The translations under genes and the position numbers were made by a program. Below the pieces are notes generated by a model. The model ran no database searches and was not told the DNA's origin. It was given only the letters and a program-made list of their open reading frames with translations. Below are positions 25,545-40,277 of a DNA stretch of 64,000 nucleotides, piece by piece. The number at the start of each line of letters is the position of its first letter. Position 1 is the stretch's first letter. The stretch is taken from NCBI GenBank assembly GCA_030390025.1, contig JASTWF010000326.1, forward strand, positions 1 through 64,000. Direction: 5' to 3'. Origin of the DNA: Squalus acanthias (taxonomy: Eukaryota).

Positions 25545-26030
25545 TCCTGTAGTGTTTCCAGCATTTTCTGTTTTTATTTCAGATTTCCAGCATCCGCAGT
25601 ATTTTGCATTTGTCTCCATTTCAGACTTGGCCTTACAATCCCCCCCCACCCCACAAAATCTCAGCCAATCATACATTCTCTGTGTCTTTTAAACGTTTTA
25701 AATTTATTTTGTTATGCTTCTTCCCATTGTCTGATATTCGTATCACTTCAGCCATTCAACCATCTTCTGTTTTCTATTAAAGCACTTGATAAGCCATTCT
25801 ACCTCCTTTCCCATATGTGGTGTGTGTTTTACCCTTCCCCTTCTCTTTGTTTTGTTCTTTTATAAATGCTCATCCGGATTTATTTTTTTACAATTCTGAT
25901 AAAGGGTTATACTTGGACAATTAAATTGCCTGTTTCTCTCTCTCCACAGATACTGACTGACCTTCTGAATGTTTCCAGCATTTTCTATTTTTGTTTCAGA
26001 TTTCCAACATCTACAGTTTTTTGTACTTGT
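25545..26030 (+). mobile_element. Decayed PLE family B 3' region with tandem terminal repeats
   Basis: Two copies of TTTCCAGCATTTTCT.TTTT..TTCAGATTTCCA; eroded CTGAT.AAGGG hammerhead remnant at ~25896. Confidence 0.6.
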
Positions 26031-26040
26031 ACTGTTAGTT

Positions 26041-26172
26041 CATAAGAACATAAGAATTAGGAGCAGGAGTAGGCCATCCAGCCCCTCGAGCCTGCTCCGC
26101 CATTCAATAAGATCATGGCTGATCTTCGACCTCAAGTCCACTTTCCCGCCTGACCCCCATATCCCTTGATTC
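26041..26172 (-). mobile_element. CR1 3' tail
   Basis: CATAAGAACATAAGAATTAGGAGCAGGAGTAGGCCAT tail as in other CR1 copies. Confidence 0.85.
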
Positions 26173-26404
26173 AGTTAACAGAAACTTTCATCTCTTCAGA
26201 CTTCATTAAAATCTAATTTAAGGTTGGCTACAATCCATGTAAATATTTGGTGGTATTTAATTGTAGGCAATGTCATCTGTAGAGATGTTGTACATGTTCT
26301 GGTAATCTATTTTGAAAATAAACTTGGAAACTTAATATTGGAGTGTAGGACATTAAGGTATCATATGATGCCAGATTATTTCAGCTTTCAACTTATCATC
26401 TATA

Positions 26405-26627
26405 TTGGCGCATATTTTGCGGCCCCTACGGGAGCGTCCGTGCCCGTAAGGGCTGCGCAAGTTCCGGGTTTAGTCATGCGAAGCGCATGCATGAAAACCA
26501 AGAACTTGAGATCTGTCAAGAATCTTCTTCACAGATCATCCGCATCCCCGGGAAAAGGGCATCCGCGGGCGGAGAGTTGGGCTATTCTGCCCAGTGAAAT
26601 TCTTACGACTGCAAATTCAGGGCCAAG
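26405..26627. mobile_element. Short MITE-like element
   Basis: Imperfect TIRs TTGGCGCATATTTTGCGG / CTGCAAATTCAGGGCCAA, CpG-rich. Confidence 0.5.
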
Positions 26628-26644
26628 ATCTTTTATCTACTATG

Positions 26645-26825
26645 TGCAGGCAGTGCAAGGAGCGCACGTCAACCCAAGCACCCCACCCACCCGCCCCTTC
26701 AACCACCATCTGTCCCACCTGTGACAGAGACTGTAGGTCCCGCATTGGACTCATCAGTCATCTGCGAACTCATTTTTAATGTGGAAGCAAGTCATCCTCG
26801 GTTCTGAGGGACTGCCTAAGAAGAA
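26645..26825 (+). mobile_element. RTE-clade LINE 3' end
   Basis: C-terminal CPTCDRDCRSRIGLISHLRTH zinc-finger-like motif, then short 3' UTR ending CTAAGAAGAA. Confidence 0.8.
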
Positions 26826-27466
26826 CTATGTGAGTTTAGTGTATAGTAGTTAAAAAAGATTGCATAAAAGAGCTGTAGACTGGAAATGCCTGAGAGAAAT
26901 GGTACTGTGCCCCATGTATCTATATTAAATTCTATCTTCATTATTTTAACAGAAGGCTTAACATGGTTAAAATAAATGGTTAATAGCTTGGTTAAAATGG
27001 TGGAAAGATAAAAGTTGATATGAGAACATTAAGCACCGAAACAATAACATCGCTCCCAGTAATTGCCAGACTCATATTTTATAGAACAGATGTCTTCATA
27101 TTAGTAACAGTAGTTTAATCTTTGTATTTTCTACACATTCCTAAACAAAAAGTTGAGCAAATTATAACTCACTGAATTGTTCTTCAAATCACTATTGTGC
27201 TATCTTTGTCACAAATGGGAGTATAGACCATAGAATAAATTAGTTAAGATCTTATTTACATATATTTAGTTATAGAGATGAGTACTAGGTTCCTACTGAA
27301 CTTAGATCCAACATAACTACATCAGTCTATGGTTAGATACAATGCAGTGTTGCTAAATAACGTGCCATATTTACATTTCTATTTCTTTGATTGATCAGCA
27401 CACGGAATATAAATATGTTTAAATTATTAGCTTAGGAAGGAAATAAAGTGTTGAACTTGTCCCTGT

Positions 27467-28975
27467 AATAAGAACATAAGAAATAAGAGCAGGAGTAGGC
27501 CATACGGCCCCTTGAGCCTGCTCCACCTTTCAATAAGATCATGGCTGATCTTTGACCTCAACTCCACTTTTCCACCCGATCTCCATATCCCTCGATTCCC
27601 CTAGAGTCCAAAAATCTATCTAGCTCAGCCTTGAATATAATCAAAAACTCAGCATTCACAGCCCTCTGAGGCAGAGAATTCCAAGATTCACAACCTTCTG
27701 AGTGAATAAATACCTCCTCATCTCAGTCTTAAATGGCCTACCCCTTATCCTGAGACTATGCCCCCTAGTTCTGGACACTCCAGACAGGGGAAACAACCTC
27801 TCAGCATCTACCCTGTCAATCCCCTTCAGAATCTTGTATGTTTCAATGAGATCACCTCTCATTCTTCTAAACTCCAGAGAGTATAGGCCCATTCTACACA
27901 ATCTCTCATCATAGGACAGCCCTCTCATCCCAGGAATTAATCGAGTGAGACTTTGTTGCACCGCCTCCAAGGCAATTATATCCTTCCTTAGATAACGAGA
28001 CCAAAACTGTGCACAGTACTCTAGGTGTGGTCTCACCAAAGCCGTGTACAATTGTAGCAAGACTTCCTTACTCTTGTACTCCAAACCCCTTGCAATAAAG
28101 GCCAACATGCCATTTGCCTTCCTTATTGCTTGCTGTACCTGCATGCTAGCTTTCTGTGTTTCTTGCACGAGGACACCCAAATCTCTCTGAACACCAATAT
28201 TTGAAAGTTTCTCACCATTTAAAAAATATTCTGTTTTTCTATTCTTCCTACCCAAAGTGAATAACCTCACATTTCCCTACATTATACTCCATCTGCCACC
28301 TTACTGCCCACTCACTTAGTCTATCTATATCCCTTTGCAGACTCTGTTCTCCTCAGAGCTTACTGACCCACCCAGCTTTGTAGCATCAGCAAACTTGGAT
28401 ACATTACACTCGGTCCCTTCATCTCGGTCATTAATATAAATTGTAAATAGCTGAGGCCCCAACACTGATCCTTGTGGCACCCCACTAGTTACAGCCTGCC
28501 AACCTGAAAAAGATCCATTTATCCCTACTGACTGTTTTCTGTCCGTTAACCAATCCTCTATCTATGCTACTATATTACCCCCAGCCCCACGAGTCCTAAT
28601 CTTGTGTAATAACCTTTTATGTGGCACCTTATCGAATGCCTTTTGGAAATCCAAATATACTACATCCACTGGTTCCCCTTTATCTACCCTATTATTTACA
28701 TCCTCAAAAAACTGTAAATTTGTCAAACACGATTTCCCTTTCATAAAACCAAGTTGACTCTGCCTAATCATGTTATGATTTTCTAAGTGCCCTGATACCA
28801 CGTCCTTAACAATGGATTCCAGCATTTTCCCGATGACTGATGTCAGGCTAACTGGCCTGCAGTTCCCTGTTTTTTTCTCTCCCTCCTTTCTTGAACCTTC
28901 CAATCCGCTGGGACCATTCTAGAATCTAGGGAATTTTGGAAGATCAAAACCAATGCATCCACTATCTCTTCAGCC
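27467..28975 (-). mobile_element. CR1 LINE RT region
   Basis: NCRPVSLTSV, YLDFQKAFDKVPH, ALVRPHLEYC, RRMRGDLIETY. Confidence 0.95.
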
Positions 28976-30700
28976 AGTGGCTAGCTGTAGGCTTGCATGA
29001 TGGGACAAACAAAATCTACTGATATTCATATTATATTTAAACGCTAAACACTAAACCAAACCAGAAATATAAAATAGCTCTGTGACAAGTTTTAGAAATA
29101 TGATTGTTGGGGTTGTACCTGCTCAATCACTGTTAATGGGATTTTCACAACGGTAAACAAATCTTCTGAGAAGAGGTAACAGCCATTTCACAAAGACACA
29201 GACGGCCCTCTGTATTTACCCATATGTTTAGACTACAATAAAACAATATTACACAATAATAAAATAAAATCAGATTTTTTTCTGTTATGCTATGGACAGC
29301 AGTGTTGTATAAACAGAATATCAGATGGCAAGCCAATGAACAGATCATTTATCTCACTTGCAAGTAGAACCGGCAAAGTATATGACGTTTTTAGCTATTC
29401 TGTCTCTCTCATTCAATTATCATTAAAGTCTAAATTCAACTGAAAATATATGCAAGTCATTAGCTACTGTTTTTTTTAATCGCCCCGACCTCCTTAGAGC
29501 ACCTAATTTAACACCATGATCTCTCCAGTCTGTATGGTCCTTCTATTGACTGAATACATTCACTGAGTATAGAGGCAAGTGACTTAATTTGTCTCTCTTT
29601 TTGCTAAAAATGCATCCATTTCTAGCATTTTCAACTTAATTTTTACTCGCATGTAATGCATGCCCAGAACAAGAAGTGATGAAAACACTGAACCAATTAA
29701 AATATTAGACAAAATAAAGGCAGAGAAATCACAGTCGGAACATAAAAGTATATGGCAGCAAAAAAGGATGATTCAATTCCCAGCTGTTCATAAATCATTA
29801 GCACACAGCATCCTCTACACGGGACAATATCTAACACCACTTCAAGCACATTTTAAATTACTGTCTATAGCAAACTACAATGTTGCAGTCTATATATACT
29901 GTACTATGGTATTTCTTTGATTAGAAGTGGGTTATCATGTCACTTTTTAAAAAAATGCAGTTTGTTGCAGTAGGAAATTCAGATTAATGTGAAATTACAT
30001 TTTAAGCTTCATCATCGTAACACTCAGCAGGAGTAAGAATGTGGCATTCAGATGTGATTTGATTGTAAACATTTTTCTCCCAACTGCTTAGAGTTCGACA
30101 TCATAGCAAATATACCTGGTTGCAGTATGACAATACAGTGTGCTTTGAAACGTGGTCATGGAATGGAAAAACATGGCTTTCTGCTCACAATACTGAGATC
30201 ATGACCTTAATTATGGCGTTCAGGGTACAAGGGAAGGACAACTGAGGAACAATCACTATGGTGACTGCCTTTGTTCACCTACTACTGTCCAAATCACAAG
30301 CATTCAGGAGTCGGCTTTGTGCCGCAGGAAGTCCAAAATAAAGAGGGTGAAAAATAAAACTGATTACAAATGGGTGAAAGGCGCTAAATGAAAATAGCAT
30401 TTTGGTAAAACAGCAGTATTCGTTTTGCCTAAATACTTGCACTTAAAAATTTCAGATACTTATCGACTTGCATCCAAATCCAAAAACTGAGAAACATTAT
30501 TAAGATGCAGGAATGCCACCTCCCTGACTTCACCTCTTGGACTGCAGCACATCATTAAACATATGTGCTTTGGTGAGTGGAAGCACAAATTTACAAAGTG
30601 CAACCAGAAAATGACAGTTTACCAATACTGACAAGCCTAATGCTACAAGTGGTGAGAGCATAAGAAACATCATAAGGCGACACAGCAGAATTGGGTACAA

Positions 30701-31470
30701 GGGGCTGGAATTTGCAGTGGGACCAACAGCATTCCCTGTTATTACTCCTTTGAAAATGACTGCAACTTCAGGATGTAGCGCACACGCATCTAAACGTGGA
30801 AATCCTGAAGCCATTCACTGCTCCAGCACTGGCTGTGCTGTGGCCCCACCATCCCCGCTACCCCGCAACCCCTCCCAAAGCATAGCCGGCAATCAGTGAA
30901 ACTGATGAAAACTTAGGCTTTTCTGTGGTAATATCGCTGTTAAATACCCGATTAAATGCTAGGCCTTGTTGTATTAGGTGTAACTGGGGTTTTAACAGCA
31001 TATTGACTGCTAAAAACACTTATGGTACTGAAAAACTAATTTTAATTTTGTGCAGCAAAAAAATTCTCCATTATGATAACAATTACAATTTTCTAAGAAA
31101 CTTAAAAAAAAGTTATATATATTTTTTTTAAAGTTTCTTCATATTTATTTCAGGTTCTACCTTATCCCCAAGTGAGAGCCCCAAACATTGTTTTGCTCTC
31201 TGTAACATTTTTAGAAAGTTGGGATAAAAGCAGGTTCTTATTTCCTGCTTCCCTGTCTGTGAGAATTCTGCAATGAGATTGGCTGCTTCGACAGCTTGTC
31301 GATGTCACAGCAGATCGCATGAGGGATTCCCCATTATATTTCACTGAAATCACTTGCGCATCAACAAAAGCAAACTTCTCACCACAGAGATCGCGAGATC
31401 TCGGTGAGCAGCTTTCTTCAGGGCCAGCGGTGAACGCCGATGTTTCGCCGCTGACAGCAAATTCCAGGCA
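30701..31470. mobile_element. MITE-like element
   Basis: TIR-like ends GGCTGGAATTTGC / GCAAATTCCAGGC with AT-rich core; related sequence in opposite orientation at ~36840-37330. Confidence 0.6.
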
Positions 31471-31779
31471 AATCAATCTGGGCTAAAAGAATGTGGCTGT
31501 TGAGCTGAGAGGAACAGATTGGGAGACTGGGTGAAAATGAAAACAGGCAGAGGTAACAAGAGGGGATATTTTTGCTAATTTTAGTGAAGACTTGGATATA
31601 AGTATAAAGCAGCATCTCCTGCTATGTAACAGGAGAACCTGGATACTGTGACTAGGTTATCTGGCACAGAAGAAGTGATCAATGACTGGGTGAACATGGT
31701 TGACAGTTACATAATGGAGACTGATTCTGAGAGAAACAATCAAGTTCAGAGAAGAGATAAGGTGTTGGATATTTATGAA

Positions 31780-34700
31780 TTCAGAGGCCTGGACTAATGA
31801 TCCGGAGACATGAGTTGAAATTCCACCTCGGCAGCCGGGGAATTTAAATTCAGTTAATTAAATAAATCTGGAATAAAATGCTAGTAACAGTAATGGGAAC
31901 CGTGAAGCTACCAGATTGTCATAAAAGTTCACAAATATCCTTTAGGGAAGGAAATCTGCCGTCCTTACCCAGTCTGCCCTACATCAGACCCACATCAATG
32001 TGGTGGACTCTTCACTGCCCTCTGAAATGGTCTCTGAAATGGCCGAGCAAATCACTCAGTTGTACCAAACTGCGACGAAAATCTGTAACAAGAATAAAAT
32101 CAGACAGACCACCCGGCATGGACCTGGGAACCGGATTTGGACGTGACAAAGGCACACCCAACCCAGTAAACCATGCAAAGTTCTCCTCACTAACATCTGG
32201 GGACTTGTGCCAAAATTAGGAGAGCTGTGCCACAGACTAGTCAAGCAATAGCCTGACATAGTCATACTCACAGAATCATACTTTTCAGCCAATGTCCCAG
32301 ACTCCGCCATCACCATTGCTGGGTATGTCCTGTCCCACCAGTTGGGAGGGAGTGGCCGTTGGAGTCCTCAACATTGACTCCAGACCTCATGAAGTCTCAT
32401 GGCATCAGGTCAAACATGGCAAGGAAATCTCCTGCTGATTACCACCTACCGCCCTCCCTCAGCTGATGAATCAGTACTCCTCCATGCTGAACACCACTTG
32501 GAAGAAGCACTGAGGGCAGCAAGGGCACAGAATGTACTCTGGGTGGGGGACTTCAATGTGACTCCAAGAGTAGCTCGGTAGCACTTCTGACTGAGCTGGC
32601 AGAGTCCTGAAGGACACAGTGCCAGACTGGGCCTGCAGCAGCTGGTGAGAGAACGAACACGAGGGGAAAAACCTACCTGACCTCATCCTCACCAATCTAC
32701 ATATCACAGATGCATCTGTCCATGACACCATTGGTAGCAGTGACCACCGCACAGTCATTGTGGAGACGAAGACCCATCTTCACACTGAGGACACCCTCCG
32801 TTGTGTTGTGCGACACTACCACCATGCTAAATGAGATAGATTCAGGACAGATCTAGCAGCTCAAAACTGGGCATCCATGAGGCCATGTGGGCCATCAGCA
32901 GCAGCAAAATTGTATTCCACCACAATCTGCAACCTCATGGCCCAGCATACCCATCACTCTACCATTACCATTAAGCCAGGGGAACCAACCCTGGTTCAAT
33001 GAGTGTAGAACAGTATGACAGGAAAAGCACCAGGGGTACCAAAAAATGAGGTGAAGCGACAACATCGGATTACATGCATGATAAACAGCGGAAACCGCAT
33101 GCTATAGACAGAGCTAAGTGATCCCACAACCAACGGTTCAGATCAAAGCTGTGCAATCCTGCCACATCTAGTCGTGAATAGCGGTGGGCAATTAAACAAT
33201 TAACAGGAGGAGGAGGCTCCATGAACCATCCCCATCCTCAATAATGGTGGAGACAAGCACGAGTGCAAAAGACAAGGCTGAAGCATTTGCAACCATCTTC
33301 AACCAGAAGTGCCGAGTGGATGATCCATCTTCTGGGACCTCCTGAGGTCCCCACCATCACAGAAGCCAGTCTTCAGCCAATTCGGTTCACTCCACATGAT
33401 ATCAAGAAATGGCTGAGCACACTGGATACAGCAAAGGCTTTTGGCCCGGACAACATCCTGGCTGTTGTGCTGAAGACTTGCGCTCCAAAACTAACCATGC
33501 CTCTAGCCACCTGTTCCAGTACAGCTACAACACTGGCATCTACCTGACAATGTGGAAAATATGCCGCGTCCACAAAAAGCAAAACAAATCCAACCCGGCC
33601 AATTACCGCCCCATCAGTCTACTCTCAATCATCAGCAAAGTGATGGAAGGTGTCGTCGACAGTGCTATCAAGCGGCACTTACTCACCAAGCACCGGCTCG
33701 TGAATGCTCAGTTGGGTTCCACCAGGACCACTCAGCTCCAGACCTCATTACAGCCTTGGTCCAAACATGAACAAAGGAGCTAAATTCCAGAGGTGAGGTG
33801 AGAGTGACTGCCCTTGACATCAAGGCAGCATTTGACCGAGTGTGGCATCAAGGAGCCCTAGTAAAATTGAAGTCAATAGGAATCAGGGGGGAAACTCTCC
33901 ACTGGCTGGAGTCATACCTAGTACAAAAGGAAGATGGCTGAGGTGGTTGGAGGCCAATCATCTCAGCAGGAGTTCCTCAGGGCAGTTTCCTCAGCCCAAC
34001 CATCTTCAGCTGCTTCATCAATGACCTTCACTCCATCAGAAGTGGGGATGTTCGCTGATGATTGCAGAGTGTTCAGTTCCATTCGCAACCCCTCAGATAA
34101 TGAAGCAGTCTGTGCCCACATGCAGCACGATTTGGACGACATTTAGGCTTGGGCTGATAAGTGGCAGGTAACATTCGCGCCACACAAGTGCCGAGTAACG
34201 ACCACCTCCAACAAGAGAGTCTCTAACCACTGCCCCTTGACATTCAATAGCATTACTAACGCCGAATCCCCCACCATCAATATCCTGGGAGTCACGGTTG
34301 ACCAGAAACTAAACTGGACCAGCCACATAAATAAATACTGTGGCTACAAGAGGTCAGAGGTTGGGTATTCTGGGGCGAGTGTCTCACCTCCTGACTCCCC
34401 AACGCCTTTCCAACATCTACAAGGCACAAGTCAGGAGTGTGATGGAATACTCTCCACTTGTCTGGATGAGTGCAGCTCCAACAACACTCCAAAAGCTCGA
34501 CACCATCGAGGACAAAGCAGCCCGCTTGATTGGCACCCCATCCACCACCTTAAACATTCACTCCCTGGCTGCAGTGTGTACCATCGAAGATGTACTGCAG
34601 CAACTCGCCAAGCCATCTTAGACAGCGCCTCCCAAACTTGCGATCTCTACCACCTAGAAAGACAAGAGCAGCAAGCACATGGAAACACCATCACCTGAAG

Positions 34701-34922
34701 TTCCAGTCCAAGTCACACATAACTCTGACTTGGAAATATAGCGTCGTTGCTGGGTCAAAATCCTGAAACACTCTCCCTAACAGTACTATTGGAGTACCTT
34801 CACCACGCGGACTGCAGCGGTTCAAAAAGGCCACTCACCATCACCTTCTCAAGGGCAATTAGGGAATGGTAATAAAGGTTGGCCTTGCCAGCGACGCCCA
34901 CATCCAATGAACGAATAAAAAA
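31780..34922 (+). mobile_element. Near full-length single-ORF LINE (APE + RT; CR1-group, Zenon/Crack-like), frameshifted
   Basis: PDIVILTESY, YRPPS, VGDFN, NYRPISLLS, ALDIKAAFDRVWH, GVPQG, MFADD, YKAQVRSVMEY; AATAAA-A tail; clade call is inference. Confidence 0.85.
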
Positions 34923-37346
34923 CACACGTCATTGTTTCAGTGAAATAATCTTTCTTTAATTCTGCACACAAATGAAAATATACCCCGAATCTCTAACTTA
35001 GGTACTTGTTAAAAATAACTACACAATGAAAGTGTATGAACATGATTTTACAGCTGGTTGACCATCCTCTTTTTCTAATTGGTTGACAAGATCCTATTTG
35101 GGGTCCATGGGCAGCAGAAAAGAAAAAGCAGCACTGCCGCAATGTGGATGCGGGGTACACTATGCTTGGTGTTGAGCCATCCTATTTTAGTATGGTGGCA
35201 ATCCAGCATGGGGCAGCATTACTGGTATAATAGCTCTGTTCCAATCTGTCATAAATTACAAACAGGGCAGAAAAGACTTCGGGTCTGAAATTCCTGAAAT
35301 TGAAGTTCATTGGAAGTTTGGGCGGAAAACATCGAATCTCCCATTTTTCTTCAAAATTTCACCTAAATGATAACAGCTAAATGAAAAACTATGCTTAAAT
35401 GAAGAAATTGCAACAAAAATTAAATAATAGGGGCTCCTTGTTAAACATAAAAGGATGTCTCAGCAGTGGTCATAATTTCTCTCCTATGAAGTTCAATCTC
35501 CTATGAAGTGCAATCGTGTTGGCAAAACATGCTTATATTTTTACTATTTTTGAAATAATTTTGCGAACCATCAACAGATATTCAAATGTAGCAAATATGT
35601 ATGCGTAAAGCCAGGGTTTCCACCAATATCAAAATGGTGAACAATTCAACTTTTATCAAAAGAAACACATTTGAAAAATGTCCATTGGTTTCTCAGTGTC
35701 TTCTTTCAGATTGACCTTTCCGTTATAAAAAAATTCCAAGCCAACCAACCAGATCTCTTTATAATTTGTAACTAGGCCTGCCAAAAGGTTGTTGGCTGCT
35801 TGATTCCAAATTTGGTGAAATTGAAAATAAAATACATTTGTAAACTTTTGGAAGAATAGTTTACTTCCCCTGACAAAATGAAATGCAAATCCTTCACTAT
35901 TTCAGTTAAGATCAACACTGCTGTTAACAGCACAATGCATTTCCCATGAGTGCCTCAGCAGTATTGTGATCACATCCGAGATTGGGCCCAAGGCATTTAT
36001 CAAACTGAATCTTAATCTGAAAGTATTTCACACTCACATTCCTGCTTGTCCATTAAAAAATATTAACTCGATGAATACTGGACAAATGAGATACTGAGAT
36101 AGCGCAAGTTTTATTCGCAGAGACACTAACTTGCTGTGATTCAGCTTTGTCGACTAAATTCTTAACCCTGCCAAGAGCATAAAGTTGTACGTATCTGGGT
36201 GCCCACTGAGGCATACAAATGAACTGCGTTTTAGCAGTCAGTGAGTTGACAATACAAAACTCTGTTTATTCAGCAATCACTCATTGAAAACACATCAGCA
36301 CTTGATGTGCCATATTCATAATCTCTCTTTTCTGTAATATAATGCTGTAATACAGGAAATAAGGCGACGTGTTGGTTGAGATTTTAGGATCAATTTAACT
36401 GGAGCTGACCCCAGTCCACTGAACTCTAACCTGAAATACTAAACATTCCACAAAAAAAGTACTACAGGTAAAAAAAAATCAGTTTCTTACAAAATGAAGG
36501 GTTCTTCCACATGTAAAAAAAAACCTAGGCCAATCAAACTGCCCTAGTTCTTCTCAACTCACTACTGCTGCTGCAAAAACCTCATAGGACCATCATTGAC
36601 ACTTCTAATGAATTATCAAAATGGCTTTCATCACTCGCAGTTACACTGCTATTCTATATCGTTATGAAGGATTGAACATAAAACTGAAAGATGTGAAGTT
36701 TCTCTCCTAGAGAATGAAATGGAAGAATGAGATATGGCTGAGGAGAACATTTAATATTCAGCTTCAACAGAGCAGCAAAAATAGCCACCACTGTTTCAAT
36801 TTTATACAGATGACTGCAAACCAGTAAAAATTACTTAGCCCCCAGATTTTGCTCTCAGGGGCAATGCAATGGCACTCGCCGTTCACCTTGCTGACAGCTT
36901 CCCACAGACTTTTTGCGGGCTTGTCAATGGAGATTTCCTCTAACCTGGCGTCTTTTCCAGTGTGGCGCCCTCTACAGGGGAGCTGTGGCGTCTGTGAGCA
37001 GGAAAAACCAACAGCGAGGCTCTTTAACCAGATTGAAGAATCCTCTGAGACAGGTATAAACCAGGAACTATAAATTAGATTTAAATCATGTACAGATGGC
37101 GAAATACAGATGGGATTGAGAGAGAGATAAAAAAGACAGACAGAAAAAGCAAAAAATATCAAATTTTAATTAAAAAAAAATCTCCAACACGAATTAACTT
37201 CTGAAGGAATGAGACTCCATACTTGTAAAATTAAATTTTCAGGGCCAGAAAGGTTGTTTGGCAGTAATTATCACTTATCATGCTGATAAAAATTCACTTA
37301 CTACTGAATACACCAGCCCTAACTTTTTGAGCAGTCTTTACAATGG

Positions 37347-37920
37347 CAACTTGCATTTGTATAGCGCCTTTAATGTAGTAAAACATCCCAAGGTGCATCA
37401 CAAGAGCGTTATCAAACAAAATTTGACACCGAGCCTCATAAGGAGTTATTAGGGCAGATAACCAAAAGCTGGTCTAAGAGGTAGGTTTTCAGGAAGAAAG
37501 GCATAGAGGTTTAGGGAGGGAATTCCAGAGCTTAGGGCCTCAGCATCTGAAGGCATGTCTGCCAATAGTGGGGCAATTAAAAATCGGGGACAGGCAGCAG
37601 AGTTTTGGCTGACCTAAGTTTATGGAGGGTGGACGATGGGAGGCCGGCCAGGAGTGCATCAGATTAGTCAATTCTAGGAGGTAACAAAGGCACGGATGAG
37701 GGTTTCAGCAGCAGTTGAACTGAGACGGGGCGGAGTTGGGCAAGGTAGAAGTAGGCGGTCTTAGCGATGGCACGGATATGTGGTCAGATACTCATCATGG
37801 GGTCAAATACGACATCAAGGACAACATCAAGGTTGCAAACAGTCTGGTTCAGCCTCAGACAGTTGCCAGGGAGAAGGATGGTGTCGGTGGCTAGGGAATG
37901 GAGTTTGTGGTGGGGACCAA
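37347..37920 (-). mobile_element. L2-type LINE 3' portion
   Basis: Same tail as 23900-24155 (AACTTGCATTTGTATAGCGCCTTT..., GGGAGGGAATTCCAGAGC). Confidence 0.8.
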
Positions 37921-40277
37921 ATGGCTTTGCTCATCCAGTACTTTAGTGGGGAACTAGTGGGCAAATAGCCCAAGTTCACGCCATTATGGTGATTTCAGTG
38001 CCGAGTCTATCGGCAAGGTGTGTTACAGTGCACCGTGAAGGAGCGGGTTATCTCCGACAGTAACTTTTGCATTTCCGTGTTTAATTGCGCACGTGCGCAC
38101 TCCAGAAGTTGCCGTCAGATTTCCTCCGTTATAACGGTGAGCGCCGATAGCCTCACCGTTATTCTGATTGCAATTTCCGGGTCCTTGTGTTTACTTAGTA
38201 TTAAGTGAAGCTGTCATCATTACACTTTACAGGACTAATATTGTTGCAAACAAAATCCTTAAGTAATCATTAAAATCTTGCCAGCAGCAAATGTTTCACA
38301 CCTCATCAAACTGTCACATGAGGTTGTGATTTCTGATTTACAGTATTTAAAGTCCTCGACATTCCGAAGAGATAAGTAACGTTAATTAGGTAAGGCTCCA
38401 ATGATTCTGAAATCTTACATAATAACTGTCACAGTGTGAAATCCAAGGACTTGTAACTATACTGGTGTCTGCTCAGTGACAAATTTAAAGGAATACTTTG
38501 GACTGGATATTTAAATCCAGTAATATTAATGAGTCTGCCCAGAGTGTTTCCTTAAATTGCAGTTTTCATTATGGCCTATAGAAGCATGACTGCATGCTGC
38601 CTAATTTACAGTTTACACAACCAAATACCTAATGTACCTAATATTACTGATAATATGCATAATGGCCATTTTAAAATTTCTATGAGCAACTAACCAAGGA
38701 TTGGCTAGTAATACAGATACCAATGCATCAAGGAAGTGAGGTGACAATTACTAATTTGTTAGGTTTGAATTTATTTTTCACGTCATTAGTAACTGAAAGA
38801 ACCATGTTCGTGAAGCTTTTAATACAGCTTCAGAGCGAGATATTCCTTTAGTACAAAGTCCTGATGATTGACAGGTCATCAATAGTTTCGAACAGATACT
38901 GGACCAAAGGCAATTTGTGGATTGCCAAGATTCTACAGCACATCCATTAACCAGAGTGTGATACTTACGGAAAATATATGCTGCAGCACTTCTGTTGTAA
39001 GCATTACATGGCTATCCTTTCACTGCTATGAACATTTAGCCCTTGGCACAACAGAACAAATGTTGAAATCAATTCACTGAAAATAGTACTAGAATGTTTT
39101 CACTGGGCCTTAGAAATTACACAATGCTTTTTTTCAGGCGCTATGTACTTCACATTAACTAGGAACACGGTACTTGTTGTCTTAATGACATAATAGAAGT
39201 TTTTCATGCCACTGAGACTCTTATGGAATCTTATCCGTCTAAACTCTGATGCTTGATTCAGAAGGCTGATGTGTACCACTAACCTCTGCTGCTGCAAACT
39301 TGAAATGTTTATAGTTTTGACATCAAATTCACTCTTTGCTGCATGCTCATTGATATTTCGGAGAGATCCATCAGGTCAATTTGAGAGAAAATTAAAACCC
39401 CTCTTCAAATCTTTACTTCCCCCAGCTTTATTTTAACATGCTGTTTTTATCTCCTTTGGCAGAGTTTCCAATTGGGTATGTAAAGTTGATTTCCCACAGC
39501 TTGTGCATACCTCAAGGTCCTTAAGTGATGCTGACAGCCTTATCTCTTGGTTTCTTTGCTCCCTTTGCCGACCTCCCACCCAGTCATCCACGCTCTTGCT
39601 ATCCCACCTTATATGTTAACAACCAAAACCATTCCCACAGTGGCACCTGCCCAATACAAATTAAGTGCCCTCCTACTGACCCAACAAACGTCACAGATTT
39701 TGGGGCAAAACACTGCAAATTGTGACTGCTATTTTCGACCATACTTGGAAGTACACACTCGACTGCAATAGGATCTCATCACAGTACATCAATTTTAATC
39801 ACAGAGCATTCAAAACTTTTCCACCAGGTCCCCAATGAATAAAGCAACTCACTTTGTTTTATTCAATAAAATACGTAGTTAAAAGCATATTCCAGCTAAG
39901 ACTTACAAAAGTGACATTCTCTCACGAAAGGCTGGATAATAAATTGTAAAATCAAATTTAAGTCTACTGAAGATGGTTTAATAGCGGAAGGCAATGCAGC
40001 ATTAGTATGCTGCACCACAAAGTTGGAGGATGTATTTTCAACCTCCCGCATCACTATGTTCCCAATCTCAGTTGTGTTACTATGACAAGGTATTAAGTAC
40101 AGGTCAGGCTTTCCTGGCAAAGGGGAGGAATAAAAAAGATCAAGAATTAGCCCCCAATTGACTTTTGAGCCTAAGAGTAGGTAGCCTAGGCATCCTTTTG
40201 GCTGCAACTGGTGTGTGACCTGTACAGATTAGCATTGGAAAAAAGTGGAAGGAACCATACAAAATAAATAAAGAAAT

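Noticed and set aside
25890..25930. Hammerhead at the decayed family B copy
   Set aside because: Core and stem II too eroded to call a ribozyme
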